Shown piece after piece: positions 56,831 through 64,000 of a stretch of DNA of 64,000 nucleotides. The notes beneath the pieces were generated by a model. The model saw nothing but the letters and a program-made list of their open reading frames with translations. It did not search any database and was not told the origin of the DNA. Each line of letters opens with the position of its first letter. The first letter of the stretch is position 1. The translations under genes were made by a program, and so were the position numbers. Source of the DNA: Candidatus Aminicenantes bacterium (GTDB lineage: Bacteria; Acidobacteriota; Aminicenantia; Aminicenantales; Aminicenantaceae); assembly GCA_011773465.1 (NCBI GenBank), contig WVXO01000012.1, positions 71,561 to 135,560 on the forward strand. The letters run 5' to 3'.

Positions 56831-57754
56831 TTGGAATCTAAAACCAAAAATCTTATCATTATTTTAGGTCCTACTGGAGTGGGCAAAACCTCCACTGCAG
56901 TCAAACTGGCAAAAAAATTAAACGGGGAAATCATAAATTGTGACTCCATGCAAGTTTATAAAAACTTTGATATCGGAACAGATAAAATTCCCTTGGAAAA
57001 TAGAGAAAATATTCCTCATCATCTCCTGGACGTTGTGAGCCCCGCGACCCAATTTACGGCGGCAGACTTCGCCCGTTTAGCTTTAGAAACAGCTAATGCT
57101 ATCCTGAAGCGGAAAAAGCTTCCTCTCATCGTCGGAGGAACTGGCCTATACTTAAAAGCCCTCATCGACGGTCTTTTCCCAGGAGGAGGAAGTGACCCCC
57201 CGCTTCGCCAGAAACTAGAAAGAGAAGCCAACAAGAAAGGGCTGGATGCCTTAAGAGAGAAACTCAAGGAAGTCGATCCTGTCTATTATCAAAAAATCGG
57301 AGAGAAAGATAAGGTCAGGATAATACGGGCTTTAGAAGTCTTCTACTCAACTCAAAAACCGTTATCTAAACAATTCTTGAACACTAAATCTTATGTTAAA
57401 GATTTTAATATAATAAGAATTGGGTTAAAATTAGAACGAAAGGAACTTTACAGAAGGATTGAAGAAAGAGTGGATATAATGTTCGAGAGAGGTATAGCGA
57501 GAGAAGTGCAAGAGCTTCTCCAAAAGGGTGTCGACGAAAATTCTCCTCCCTTCCGGGCTCTCGGCTACAAATATGTCTTAAAACTTCTAAAAAAAGAAAT
57601 TCCTCTGGAAGAAGCCATCGCTATGACCAAAAGGGATACACGCCACTATGCCAAAAGACAGATGACATGGTTCAGGAAAATGGAGGGAATCAAATGGTTT
57701 TCTCCCCATGATTTCTCTTCAATCCTGGAATATGCTGAGAACAGCTTAAACTAA
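56831..57754 (+). CDS. miaA: tRNA dimethylallyltransferase
   Basis: 307 aa with P-loop GPTGVGKTS, DSMQVY and the conserved RQMTWFR. TTG start. Confidence 0.92.
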   Translation: MESKTKNLIIILGPTGVGKTSTAVKLAKKLNGEIINCDSMQVYKNFDIGTDKIPLENRENIPHHLLDVVSPATQFTAADFARLALETANAILKRKKLPLIVGGTGLYLKALIDGLFPGGGSDPPLRQKLEREANKKGLDALREKLKEVDPVYYQKIGEKDKVRIIRALEVFYSTQKPLSKQFLNTKSYVKDFNIIRIGLKLERKELYRRIEERVDIMFERGIAREVQELLQKGVDENSPPFRALGYKYVLKLLKKEIPLEEAIAMTKRDTRHYAKRQMTWFRKMEGIKWFSPHDFSSILEYAENSLN

Positions 57755-57755
57755 A

Positions 57756-59018
57756 ATGGAAAAAGCCATCCTGGTCCATCTCGCCACAGACAAGAAAGAA
57801 AAACAAGATGCAGAAGAATCCATGCAGGAGCTTAAGGGATTGGCCCGGACAGCTGGAGCTGAAGTTGCTGGAGAAATATTCCAATTCCGGCCGGAGATCA
57901 GTCCGAAATATCTTATAGGAGAAGGAAAAGTATCAGAAATTATTCGCTCGAAAGAAGAAATTCAGGCCAATCTTATCATCTTCGACCATAACCTCAGCCC
58001 TATCCAGCAGCAAAACCTGGAAGACGAGATTCAGACCAAGGTCATAGATAGAACCCAGCTGATCCTTGATATATTCGCTCAAAGAGCAAGAAGTAAAGAG
58101 GGAAAACTTCAAGTAGAGCTTGCTCAACTCAACTATCTCCTTCCGCGTTTGTTGGGTAAAGGAGAAGTCCTCTCACGCTTAGGAGGAGGTATAGGCACAC
58201 GCGGCCCGGGGGAGAAAAAACTCGAAGAAGACAGGCGGAGAATTCAGGACAGAATCTCCAAGATAAAAAAGGAAATGATTAATCTTCAAAGAAGGCGAGC
58301 CAATCAAAGAAAAAGCAGAAAAAAAAGTCCTGTTCCGGTTGCCTCGCTCGTGGGATACACTAACGCAGGAAAATCTACCTTATTCAACTGCCTCTCCAGG
58401 GAAAGGATGTTCACCTCTCCGCAACTCTTTGCAACTCTGGATCCAATCCTTCGCCGGGTGAGTTTCTCAGACGGCCTGTATTTCTTCTTGAGTGACACGG
58501 TCGGGTTCATCAAAAAAATCCCCGTTGAGCTTATAACATCTTTCAAGGCCACTTTAGAGGAGCTTAAAGAGGCTGATTGCATTCTCCACATCATTGATCT
58601 GACCTCAGTCAACTATGAAAGCCAGGTCGAAGCAGTAGAGAAGACTCTTTCTGAGATAGGAGTGCACGATATCCCTGTTATTAAAGTTTTTAATAAAGTT
58701 GATCTTTTGCCTAACCATGAAGAGCTTTTAGAGAAAAATAAACGCTCTGATGGCCCGGTCATCTATGTCTCAGCAAAAACAGGGGATGGAGTCCAAAGCC
58801 TGAAAGAATGCCTCAGGTCTATACTCTTTAAAAACCTGGAGTTATTTTATCTGCGTATCCCCAAATCAAAAAGAGAATTGATCCATTCTTTTTCGAATTG
58901 GACTATGGTATTAAAAAGAAGAGAAAACGGCGATTTTTTTGAGTTGAAGATTATGGCCGATCCGCGCTCGATTCTGAATTACTCGCCTTATATAAAAAAA
59001 GGAGAAAAAAATTGGTGA
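57756..59018 (+). CDS. hflX: GTPase HflX
   Basis: 420 aa with an HflX N-domain, then G1 GYTNAGKST, G3 DTVGF and G4 NKVD. Confidence 0.93.
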   Translation: MEKAILVHLATDKKEKQDAEESMQELKGLARTAGAEVAGEIFQFRPEISPKYLIGEGKVSEIIRSKEEIQANLIIFDHNLSPIQQQNLEDEIQTKVIDRTQLILDIFAQRARSKEGKLQVELAQLNYLLPRLLGKGEVLSRLGGGIGTRGPGEKKLEEDRRRIQDRISKIKKEMINLQRRRANQRKSRKKSPVPVASLVGYTNAGKSTLFNCLSRERMFTSPQLFATLDPILRRVSFSDGLYFFLSDTVGFIKKIPVELITSFKATLEELKEADCILHIIDLTSVNYESQVEAVEKTLSEIGVHDIPVIKVFNKVDLLPNHEELLEKNKRSDGPVIYVSAKTGDGVQSLKECLRSILFKNLELFYLRIPKSKRELIHSFSNWTMVLKRRENGDFFELKIMADPRSILNYSPYIKKGEKNW

Positions 59019-60334
59019 AAAAAGCATTTAAGATTTTTTTACTTTTTATATTTTTTTGGTCTTGTGCAACCTACCAACCTCCACCTCCTTCCCTTTATAT
59101 AGAGAGCCTCCCTGCTTCCATCGTGGCAGAATTTTCCCTTGAGGAGAGAATTCTCGCTGAAGAGGCCTGGCAAACTTTGAACCGAGGGGAAGGGAAAAAA
59201 GCCGAAAAACAAATCTCCAAGCTGGGAGCTCAGCATCCAGTTTATAACGTGGGTTTAGCCTATGCCTATTTTCTTCAAAATAGACTTCAGAGGGCTGAAG
59301 AATTCTTTAAAGTAGCCCTGAAAGATCTTCCTGACATGACTCTTATTCATTCAGGCCTGGCTCAAATTTATCGAGCCAAAGGAAGGGATGAACGGGCATT
59401 TGCTGAATACAGGGAAATTCTCAAAAGAGAACCAGAGCATCCGTGGGCAACGAAGCAATACGAAATCCTTAAAAACGAAAAATTTGAGGAATCTCTTTTG
59501 GAAGCAAAAGCGGCCATAGCTGCGGGAGATACAGAAGGAAGTAAAGAAGCCTACCTTAAAGCTCTGTATTACGCTCCTCAATCTACAGAAGCCCACCTTG
59601 TTCTTGCTGACATCTACAAAAAGGAAAACAAGCTTCAAAATGCCTTGGTTCATCTCCAAGCTGCAAGCGCGAGCGAGCCAAAGAACCCAGGGATATTAAA
59701 AGATTACGCAGAGGCGCTCTACTTGGCAGCTCAGTATACAAAAAGTCTTGAAATCTATGAAAAATTGAATGACTTAGAGCCAGAAAATAAAGAAATAGTG
59801 GATCGAATCGAGGGCATTAAAAACAGGTTGGGAATTTATGAACTCCCGACCAGATATAATTCTATTGCCTTATCAGAGGCTGTCTCCAAAGAGGAAATAG
59901 CCGCTCTCCTTGCGGTCAAGTTCAAAGGAATATTGGATGAGGTCCTGGGCACACCCCCCATTATCATCGATATCGCAACCTCTTGGGCATCACAATTCAT
60001 CCTTCAAGTAACATCCTTGGGTATTCTGGATATCTACCCCAATCACACTTTTCAACCGAAAAAAATTGTTACCCGGGCAGAAATGGCAGAAATTCTCCTT
60101 CGTTTAATTGACTATTTAAAAAAGAAAGGATACAAGTTTATCCAGCAGATCCCTCCAGAAAAAATCCAGATGTCAGATGTTGCCTCCCACAACTACTATT
60201 ATAAAGCGATTATCCAGATTCTTTCTTATAATATCATGGACCTCTCTTTAGAAAGAGAGTTTAATCCAGACCTTCCTGTTTCAGGACAAGAATCCATAAG
60301 ACTTTTGGATATTATCTCGGCTTTGATAAAATAA
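59012..60334 (+). CDS. Lipoprotein with TPR repeats and a C-terminal SLH-like domain
   Basis: 440 aa with signal plus Cys (FIFFWSC), TPR-like repeats in the middle, and SLH-like segments (VSKEEIAALLAVKF, VTRAEMAEILLRL). Confidence 0.7.
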   Translation: MVKKAFKIFLLFIFFWSCATYQPPPPSLYIESLPASIVAEFSLEERILAEEAWQTLNRGEGKKAEKQISKLGAQHPVYNVGLAYAYFLQNRLQRAEEFFKVALKDLPDMTLIHSGLAQIYRAKGRDERAFAEYREILKREPEHPWATKQYEILKNEKFEESLLEAKAAIAAGDTEGSKEAYLKALYYAPQSTEAHLVLADIYKKENKLQNALVHLQAASASEPKNPGILKDYAEALYLAAQYTKSLEIYEKLNDLEPENKEIVDRIEGIKNRLGIYELPTRYNSIALSEAVSKEEIAALLAVKFKGILDEVLGTPPIIIDIATSWASQFILQVTSLGILDIYPNHTFQPKKIVTRAEMAEILLRLIDYLKKKGYKFIQQIPPEKIQMSDVASHNYYYKAIIQILSYNIMDLSLEREFNPDLPVSGQESIRLLDIISALIK

Positions 60335-60368
60335 ATCACCTTTTTAAGGCACTGAAAAATATTGCCAA

Positions 60369-60950
60369 ATGAGGAAAGAAGAGAAGAATAACTTCTTGAA
60401 CCTTCCCAATATTCTCAGTCTCTTAAGGATTCTTCTCATCCCTGTCTTTGTGGTTTTAATGACCCAGGGTAAAATTGCGGAAGCATCTGCTGTTTTCTTC
60501 TTCGCGGGCTTTACAGACGTCTTGGATGGCTTCGCGGCTCGACTACTGCGCCAGAAAACAAAAATTGGCGCTTTGCTTGACCCTGCAGGAGACAAATTAC
60601 TCATGACTTCCGCCTTCATCGTTCTGACTATTCCATCTCTCAATTCTCCCCATATCATTCCTCTTTGGCTCACGATTGTTGTTATAAGCCGTGACCTGTT
60701 CATAGTCTCTAGTGCTTTCGCCCTCTATAAACTGCGAGGTCAAAAAAGTTTTCCTCCTTCCCTTTTGGGAAAATCAAGCACAGTCTGTCAGTTCATGGTT
60801 TTGATTCTCGTTCTTTTATTCAACTCCTTCAAAATCTCGTTCCCTTACTTACATTTTCTCTATTTTTTGACTCTTGCGTTCACTCTTCTCTCGGGAGTGC
60901 ATTATTCCTATGTTGGATTCAGGATTATTTCACTCCCTAAGAAAAGCTAA
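60369..60950 (+). CDS. pgsA: CDP-alcohol phosphatidyltransferase (PgsA-like)
   Basis: 193 aa with the motif DGFAARLLRQKTKIGALLDPAGDKL (DGx2ARx8Gx3Dx3D). Confidence 0.85.
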   Translation: MRKEEKNNFLNLPNILSLLRILLIPVFVVLMTQGKIAEASAVFFFAGFTDVLDGFAARLLRQKTKIGALLDPAGDKLLMTSAFIVLTIPSLNSPHIIPLWLTIVVISRDLFIVSSAFALYKLRGQKSFPPSLLGKSSTVCQFMVLILVLLFNSFKISFPYLHFLYFLTLAFTLLSGVHYSYVGFRIISLPKKS

Positions 60951-60985
60951 ACCCTGCCTTAAGTTTCTCTTGATAGAATCCTTTT

Positions 60986-61158
60986 AAAAAATGGGGCCAG
61001 GCCCCATTTTCTCTTCCTGATCCCGAGAGGAGAGCGAAGCCTTGAGAAAATGGGGCCTGGCCCCATTTTTTGGCCCCATTTTTCTTGGGGCAAAAGCAAC
61101 GTGTTTTGGAACCATGTAGCCTGAGCCTTTCTTTTAAGGTTGCTTCATCCATCCCCAA
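60986..61158 (-). repeat. Short variant of the MITE-like family, copy D, with two embedded palindromes
   Basis: The reverse complement begins ggggatggatgaagcaaccttaaaagaaaggctcaggctacatggttccaaaacacgttgcttttgcccc (matching the head of B). It continues like copy C. Palindromes lie at 60986-61010 and 61047-61071, with a half copy at 61072-61085. Confidence 0.5.
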
Positions 61159-61279
61159 CTACTCTAACATTATGATTCACTACTTCCTGAACAAGAAAAA
61201 TTAGATGGCTACAGGGAGTCCGAAAGACTTGCTTCTTATTCAGGTGGGTGCTATTATTTTTTGAAGAAGGAGAATTCTC

Positions 61280-62509
61280 ATGACTAAATTGGAAAAGATA
61301 ACAAAGAGAATCGACAGCTACCGCGACGAAATGACAGATATGCAAATCAAACTCTGCGCCAAGCCTTCCATCTCCCCGGCAAGTGGTGGAGAAGGGGAAG
61401 TCGAAAAGGCAGAGATACTGATTGATTTCCTGAAGAAAAACGGATTTAGCGATATTGAGGTTATCAAGGCGCCTGACCTGGATGCTCCTTCTGGATATCG
61501 CCCGAATATTCTGACCTTTTTTAGAGGCAAAAGCTCTTCTAAGACAATATGGATAATGACGCATACGGACGTTGTTCCTCCAGGAGAATTGGCTCAATGG
61601 AGAGGGGATCCGTTCAAGGCCTGGGTGGAAGAAGGAAAAATTTACGGACGAGGAGTGGAAGACAACCAGCAGGATATGGTAGCCTCTCTTTATGCCATTA
61701 AAGCATTCCATGAGGAAGGCATTGAGCCGAATTATGATATAGGCATAGCCTTGGTGGCAGATGAGGAGACTGGGAGCGAGAAAGGGATTGACTATGTCCT
61801 CAATCATACCAAGGCCTTTCGAAAACAGGACTTGATCATTGTTCCAGATGCCGGAAACGAAGATGGAACTATGATCGAAGTCGCCGAAAAAAGCCTTCTC
61901 TGGCTTAAATTTAAGACGTTGGGTAAGCAGGCCCATGGCTCTACTCCAGAAAAAGGAATCAACAGCTTCAAGGCCGGCTCTTTTCTGGTCACCGAGTTAA
62001 ACAAACTCTACAAGATTTTCCCAGACAAAGATCCGCTCTTTGACCCGTCAATCTCCACCTTCGAACCAACCAAAAAAGAATCTAATGTCCCCAATATCAA
62101 TACAATACCAGGGGAAGACATCTTTTATATGGACAGCCGTATTTTGCCAAGATATACGATCGAAGAAGTTGAAGAGAAAATCAAAAAAATGATTAATAAT
62201 ATCGAGAATGAATTCAAGGTGAAAATAACCTTTGAGGAGGCTCAGAAAGCTCCTGCAGCCCCTCCAACTTCAGCAGATGCGCCAGTGGCCCAAGCCTTAA
62301 AGCGAGCGATCAAGGCAATCTACGGAAAAGAAGGAAAGGCCACCGGGATTGGAGGAGGAACAGTAGCAGCTCTCTTCAGAAGAAACAACTTTAGCGCTGC
62401 CTGCTGGGCTAAAATCGATGAAACTGCCCATCAGCCCAACGAATACTGCATTATCGATAACATGATGGGAGACGCGAAAGTATTCGCCCACATTTTTCTA
62501 CAAGAATAA
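61280..62509 (+). CDS. M20-family metallopeptidase (ArgE/DapE-like deacylase)
   Basis: 409 aa with HTDVVPPG, GRGVEDN and ADEETGS motifs. Confidence 0.88.
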   Translation: MTKLEKITKRIDSYRDEMTDMQIKLCAKPSISPASGGEGEVEKAEILIDFLKKNGFSDIEVIKAPDLDAPSGYRPNILTFFRGKSSSKTIWIMTHTDVVPPGELAQWRGDPFKAWVEEGKIYGRGVEDNQQDMVASLYAIKAFHEEGIEPNYDIGIALVADEETGSEKGIDYVLNHTKAFRKQDLIIVPDAGNEDGTMIEVAEKSLLWLKFKTLGKQAHGSTPEKGINSFKAGSFLVTELNKLYKIFPDKDPLFDPSISTFEPTKKESNVPNINTIPGEDIFYMDSRILPRYTIEEVEEKIKKMINNIENEFKVKITFEEAQKAPAAPPTSADAPVAQALKRAIKAIYGKEGKATGIGGGTVAALFRRNNFSAACWAKIDETAHQPNEYCIIDNMMGDAKVFAHIFLQE

Positions 62510-62582
62510 ATACTGTACAAAAAATATATTCGTAGGGGCTTGATTTTTCAAATCTATATTTTTATTTGTATGATTATAAGTG

Positions 62583-62602
62583 TGGGCTTGATAAATCAAG
62601 CC
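62583..62602. repeat. Perfect palindrome GGGCTTGATAAATCAAGCCC
   Basis: 20-bp perfect palindrome. Related copies lie at 62531-62553 (half), 62617-62640 and 8475-8493. Confidence 0.7.
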
Positions 62603-62690
62603 CCTGCAAAATTAAAAGGTGTGTTTGATGAATCAAACACCTACAAAAAATGCTTCCAGCAGCAAAGGAGGGCAAAAATTGAAGAAATAC

Positions 62691-62999
62691 ATGCTAGTTC
62701 TCACAACAGTTCCAGATGAAAAAACCGGCCATTCGATAGCCAAGCAGCTTGTCAAAGAAAAGCTGTCTGCCTGCGTGACAGTCTCCGCAGCCTCGCAATC
62801 CTTTTACTGGTGGCAGGGCAAAATTTCAAACGAAAAAGAACACATTCTCTTCATCAAAACCAAAGCCACCCTCCTCACAGACCTCGAAAAAAAGATCGAA
62901 GAGATTCATCCATATGAGGTCCCAGAAATAATTGCTCTTCCCTTTTTCCAAGGCTCTGCAAAATACTTGAATTGGATAGAAAAGGAAACAAAAGACTAA
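62691..62999 (+). CDS. cutA: Divalent-cation tolerance protein CutA
   Basis: MLVLTTVPDEKTG... gives the usual CutA length of about 100 aa. The GTG at 62619 used in the ORF track lies inside a hairpin repeat. Confidence 0.88.
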   Translation: MLVLTTVPDEKTGHSIAKQLVKEKLSACVTVSAASQSFYWWQGKISNEKEHILFIKTKATLLTDLEKKIEEIHPYEVPEIIALPFFQGSAKYLNWIEKETKD

Positions 63000-63949
63000 G
63001 AATATTTTCTTTGGATCTTTTGGGCAACTTTTACTGTATTAAGATGGATGGAGATGGTATCCTCCACCCGGGAGGCATACCCTCCAGCAAAAAGAATTGC
63101 CACTGGTATGCGGAACTTTCGGGCTTCCTCAATCACGATCCTGTCTCGCTCTCTGAGACCTTCCTTAGTCAACTTCAAGCCTCCTAATTGATCATTTTCG
63201 TAAGGGTCTGCCCCTGCAAGGTAAAATATCAAATCAGGTTGAAAATCTTGATATAGCCGGGGAAAGTTAGAACGGAGTTTTGACAGGTATTTTTCGTCTC
63301 CGTCTCCAGTCCACAGGCCTACATCCATAGAGCTTGAAGGTTTATGAGCAGGATAATTATCCATTTGGTGGATGGAAAACGTGAAGGCGTAATCTCTTTT
63401 GGCAAAAATAAAAGCGTTTCCATTGCCCTGATGGAGGTCACAATCCACAACCATAGCCCTCTCGACCTTCCCTTCCTTTTTCATTTTCTCTAAAGAAACT
63501 GCCACGTCATTCAAAACGCAAAAACCTTCCCCATGGTCAGGAAAAGCATGATGAAATCCTCCTCCAATATGTACCGCCAGTCCATCCTCGAGTGCCTTTT
63601 CAGCAGTAAGAATTGTCCCTCCTACAAACAGGAAGGCAAATTTCAAAAGTTCAGGAGAATAAGGAAGCTCCAAGGTTAATATCTCAGATTGCGAAAGATC
63701 TCCAGTTTTCAATTTCTTCAGGTACTTTTGAGTATGAATTAGAAGGAGATCTTCCTCTTTGGCGAGCTGAGGAGGGAGAAAATTATCTTTTTTTACTCCC
63801 CGGCGAACAAGGGCCTCGTAGATAAGCTTGTACTTCATAACAGGAAAAACATGCTCACCAAGGTCAGCCCAATAATTATCACTGTAGATAAACCTGAAAG
63901 GAAATATTTGCTTCCGGAAGGCCCTTAGAATTTTTTTCAGGGGAGACAT
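62996..63949 (-). CDS. Histone deacetylase-family (arginase/deacetylase superfamily) protein
   Basis: 317 aa with the motif GGGFHHAFPDHGEGFCVLNDVA. Confidence 0.88.
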   Translation of the reverse strand: MSPLKKILRAFRKQIFPFRFIYSDNYWADLGEHVFPVMKYKLIYEALVRRGVKKDNFLPPQLAKEEDLLLIHTQKYLKKLKTGDLSQSEILTLELPYSPELLKFAFLFVGGTILTAEKALEDGLAVHIGGGFHHAFPDHGEGFCVLNDVAVSLEKMKKEGKVERAMVVDCDLHQGNGNAFIFAKRDYAFTFSIHQMDNYPAHKPSSSMDVGLWTGDGDEKYLSKLRSNFPRLYQDFQPDLIFYLAGADPYENDQLGGLKLTKEGLRERDRIVIEEARKFRIPVAILFAGGYASRVEDTISIHLNTVKVAQKIQRKYS

Positions 63950-64000
63950 GATTTAATACATACCAAATTAATTCTAGGCATACAATACTTAAATCAGGTC

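Noticed and set aside
56761-56840. 26-codon hydrophobic ORF (LRRKQILALLIFITLLVLLLLIKIGI) overlapping the miaA start
   Set aside because: It is too short, has a TTG start without an RBS, and is in a different frame from miaA. I checked it as a possible sign of a frameshifted miaA N-terminus, but MiaA is complete from the TTG at 56831 (P-loop at residues 13-20).
21710-61071. Considered whether the recurring palindromes are a CRISPR array or its remnants
   Set aside because: The copies are scattered over 40 kb, with irregular spacing from 50 bp to many kb. They lie in different intergenic gaps, are perfectly palindromic with A/T flanks, and no cas genes are present.
61145-61936. 263-aa minus-strand ORF
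   Set aside because: It lies antisense to the M20 peptidase gene, whose HTDVVP, GRG.ED and ADEETGS motifs are unambiguous. The antisense product has no recognisable feature, and its 5' end lies in a repeat.
62619-62690. N-terminal 24-residue extension of CutA from the ORF track
   Set aside because: The GTG lies inside a hairpin repeat. CutA proteins are about 100-110 aa, and the ATG at 62691 gives the canonical MLVLTT... start.
1-64000. Looked for tRNA, rRNA, tmRNA, RNase P, SRP RNA and common riboswitch cores, and for transposase, integrase, phage or defence genes
   Set aside because: I could recognise no conserved boxes by eye (for example GGTTCGAATCC-type T-loops, the RNase P GAGGAAAGTCC, or the SRP GGAAGCAGCC). 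No ORF has recombinase, nuclease-defence or reverse-transcriptase motifs. Absence should be confirmed with tRNAscan-SE, Infernal and HMM searches.

Overview
This 64-kb window is AT-rich by eye and looks like a core chromosomal segment of a bacterium, probably an anaerobe with sigma-54 regulation and SLH/TPR envelope proteins. I support about 55 protein-coding genes. I recognised no rRNA, tRNA, CRISPR array, transposase, integrase or phage gene. Gene content from left to right: (1) pilM-like (partial), pilB and pilC on the minus strand, divergent from a small secreted protein, a PDZ-containing polytopic histidine kinase and a sigma-54 response regulator. (2) A secreted M1 peptidase preceded by a textbook sigma-54 promoter, then speH. 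(3) A seven-gene redox cluster at 12.5-21.7 kb: two NuoE/NuoF-like pairs (one NuoF fused to a GltD/NfnB-like module), two truncated NuoG-N-terminal FeS proteins and a GltB-type FMN subunit. It has no hydrogenase, formate dehydrogenase or glutaminase partner. I rate this the best candidate for an uncharacterised system, a Bfu-type electron-bifurcating complex. (4) Housekeeping genes: M50 protease, trpS, scpAB. (5) A ggt / unknown 187-aa protein / DctM-only TRAP-like permease / unlisted 47-aa membrane ORF / AstE-AspA-family hydrolase locus. (6) ispH, rpsA, an HU/IHF protein, a HIT protein, an acyl-CoA dehydrogenase and ppiD. (7) An iadA-nhaC cassette bracketed by two inverted copies of a 350-400-bp MITE-like non-coding element with terminal inverted repeats. 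(8) A GAF-sigma-54 activator. (9) The ffh-rpsP-KH-rimM-trmD-rplS-rnhB operon plus a TPR/acidic-repeat protein, with rimM frameshifted at an A9 run. (10) accBC, suhB, a macA-ABC ATPase-Yip1 trio, miaA, hflX, a TPR-SLH lipoprotein, pgsA, an M20 peptidase, cutA and an HDAC-family deacetylase. Intergenic DNA is unusually rich in at least five families of short palindromic or inverted repeats, which also occur as modules inside the larger MITE-like elements. All functional calls rest on motifs I could read in the translations. No database search was possible.
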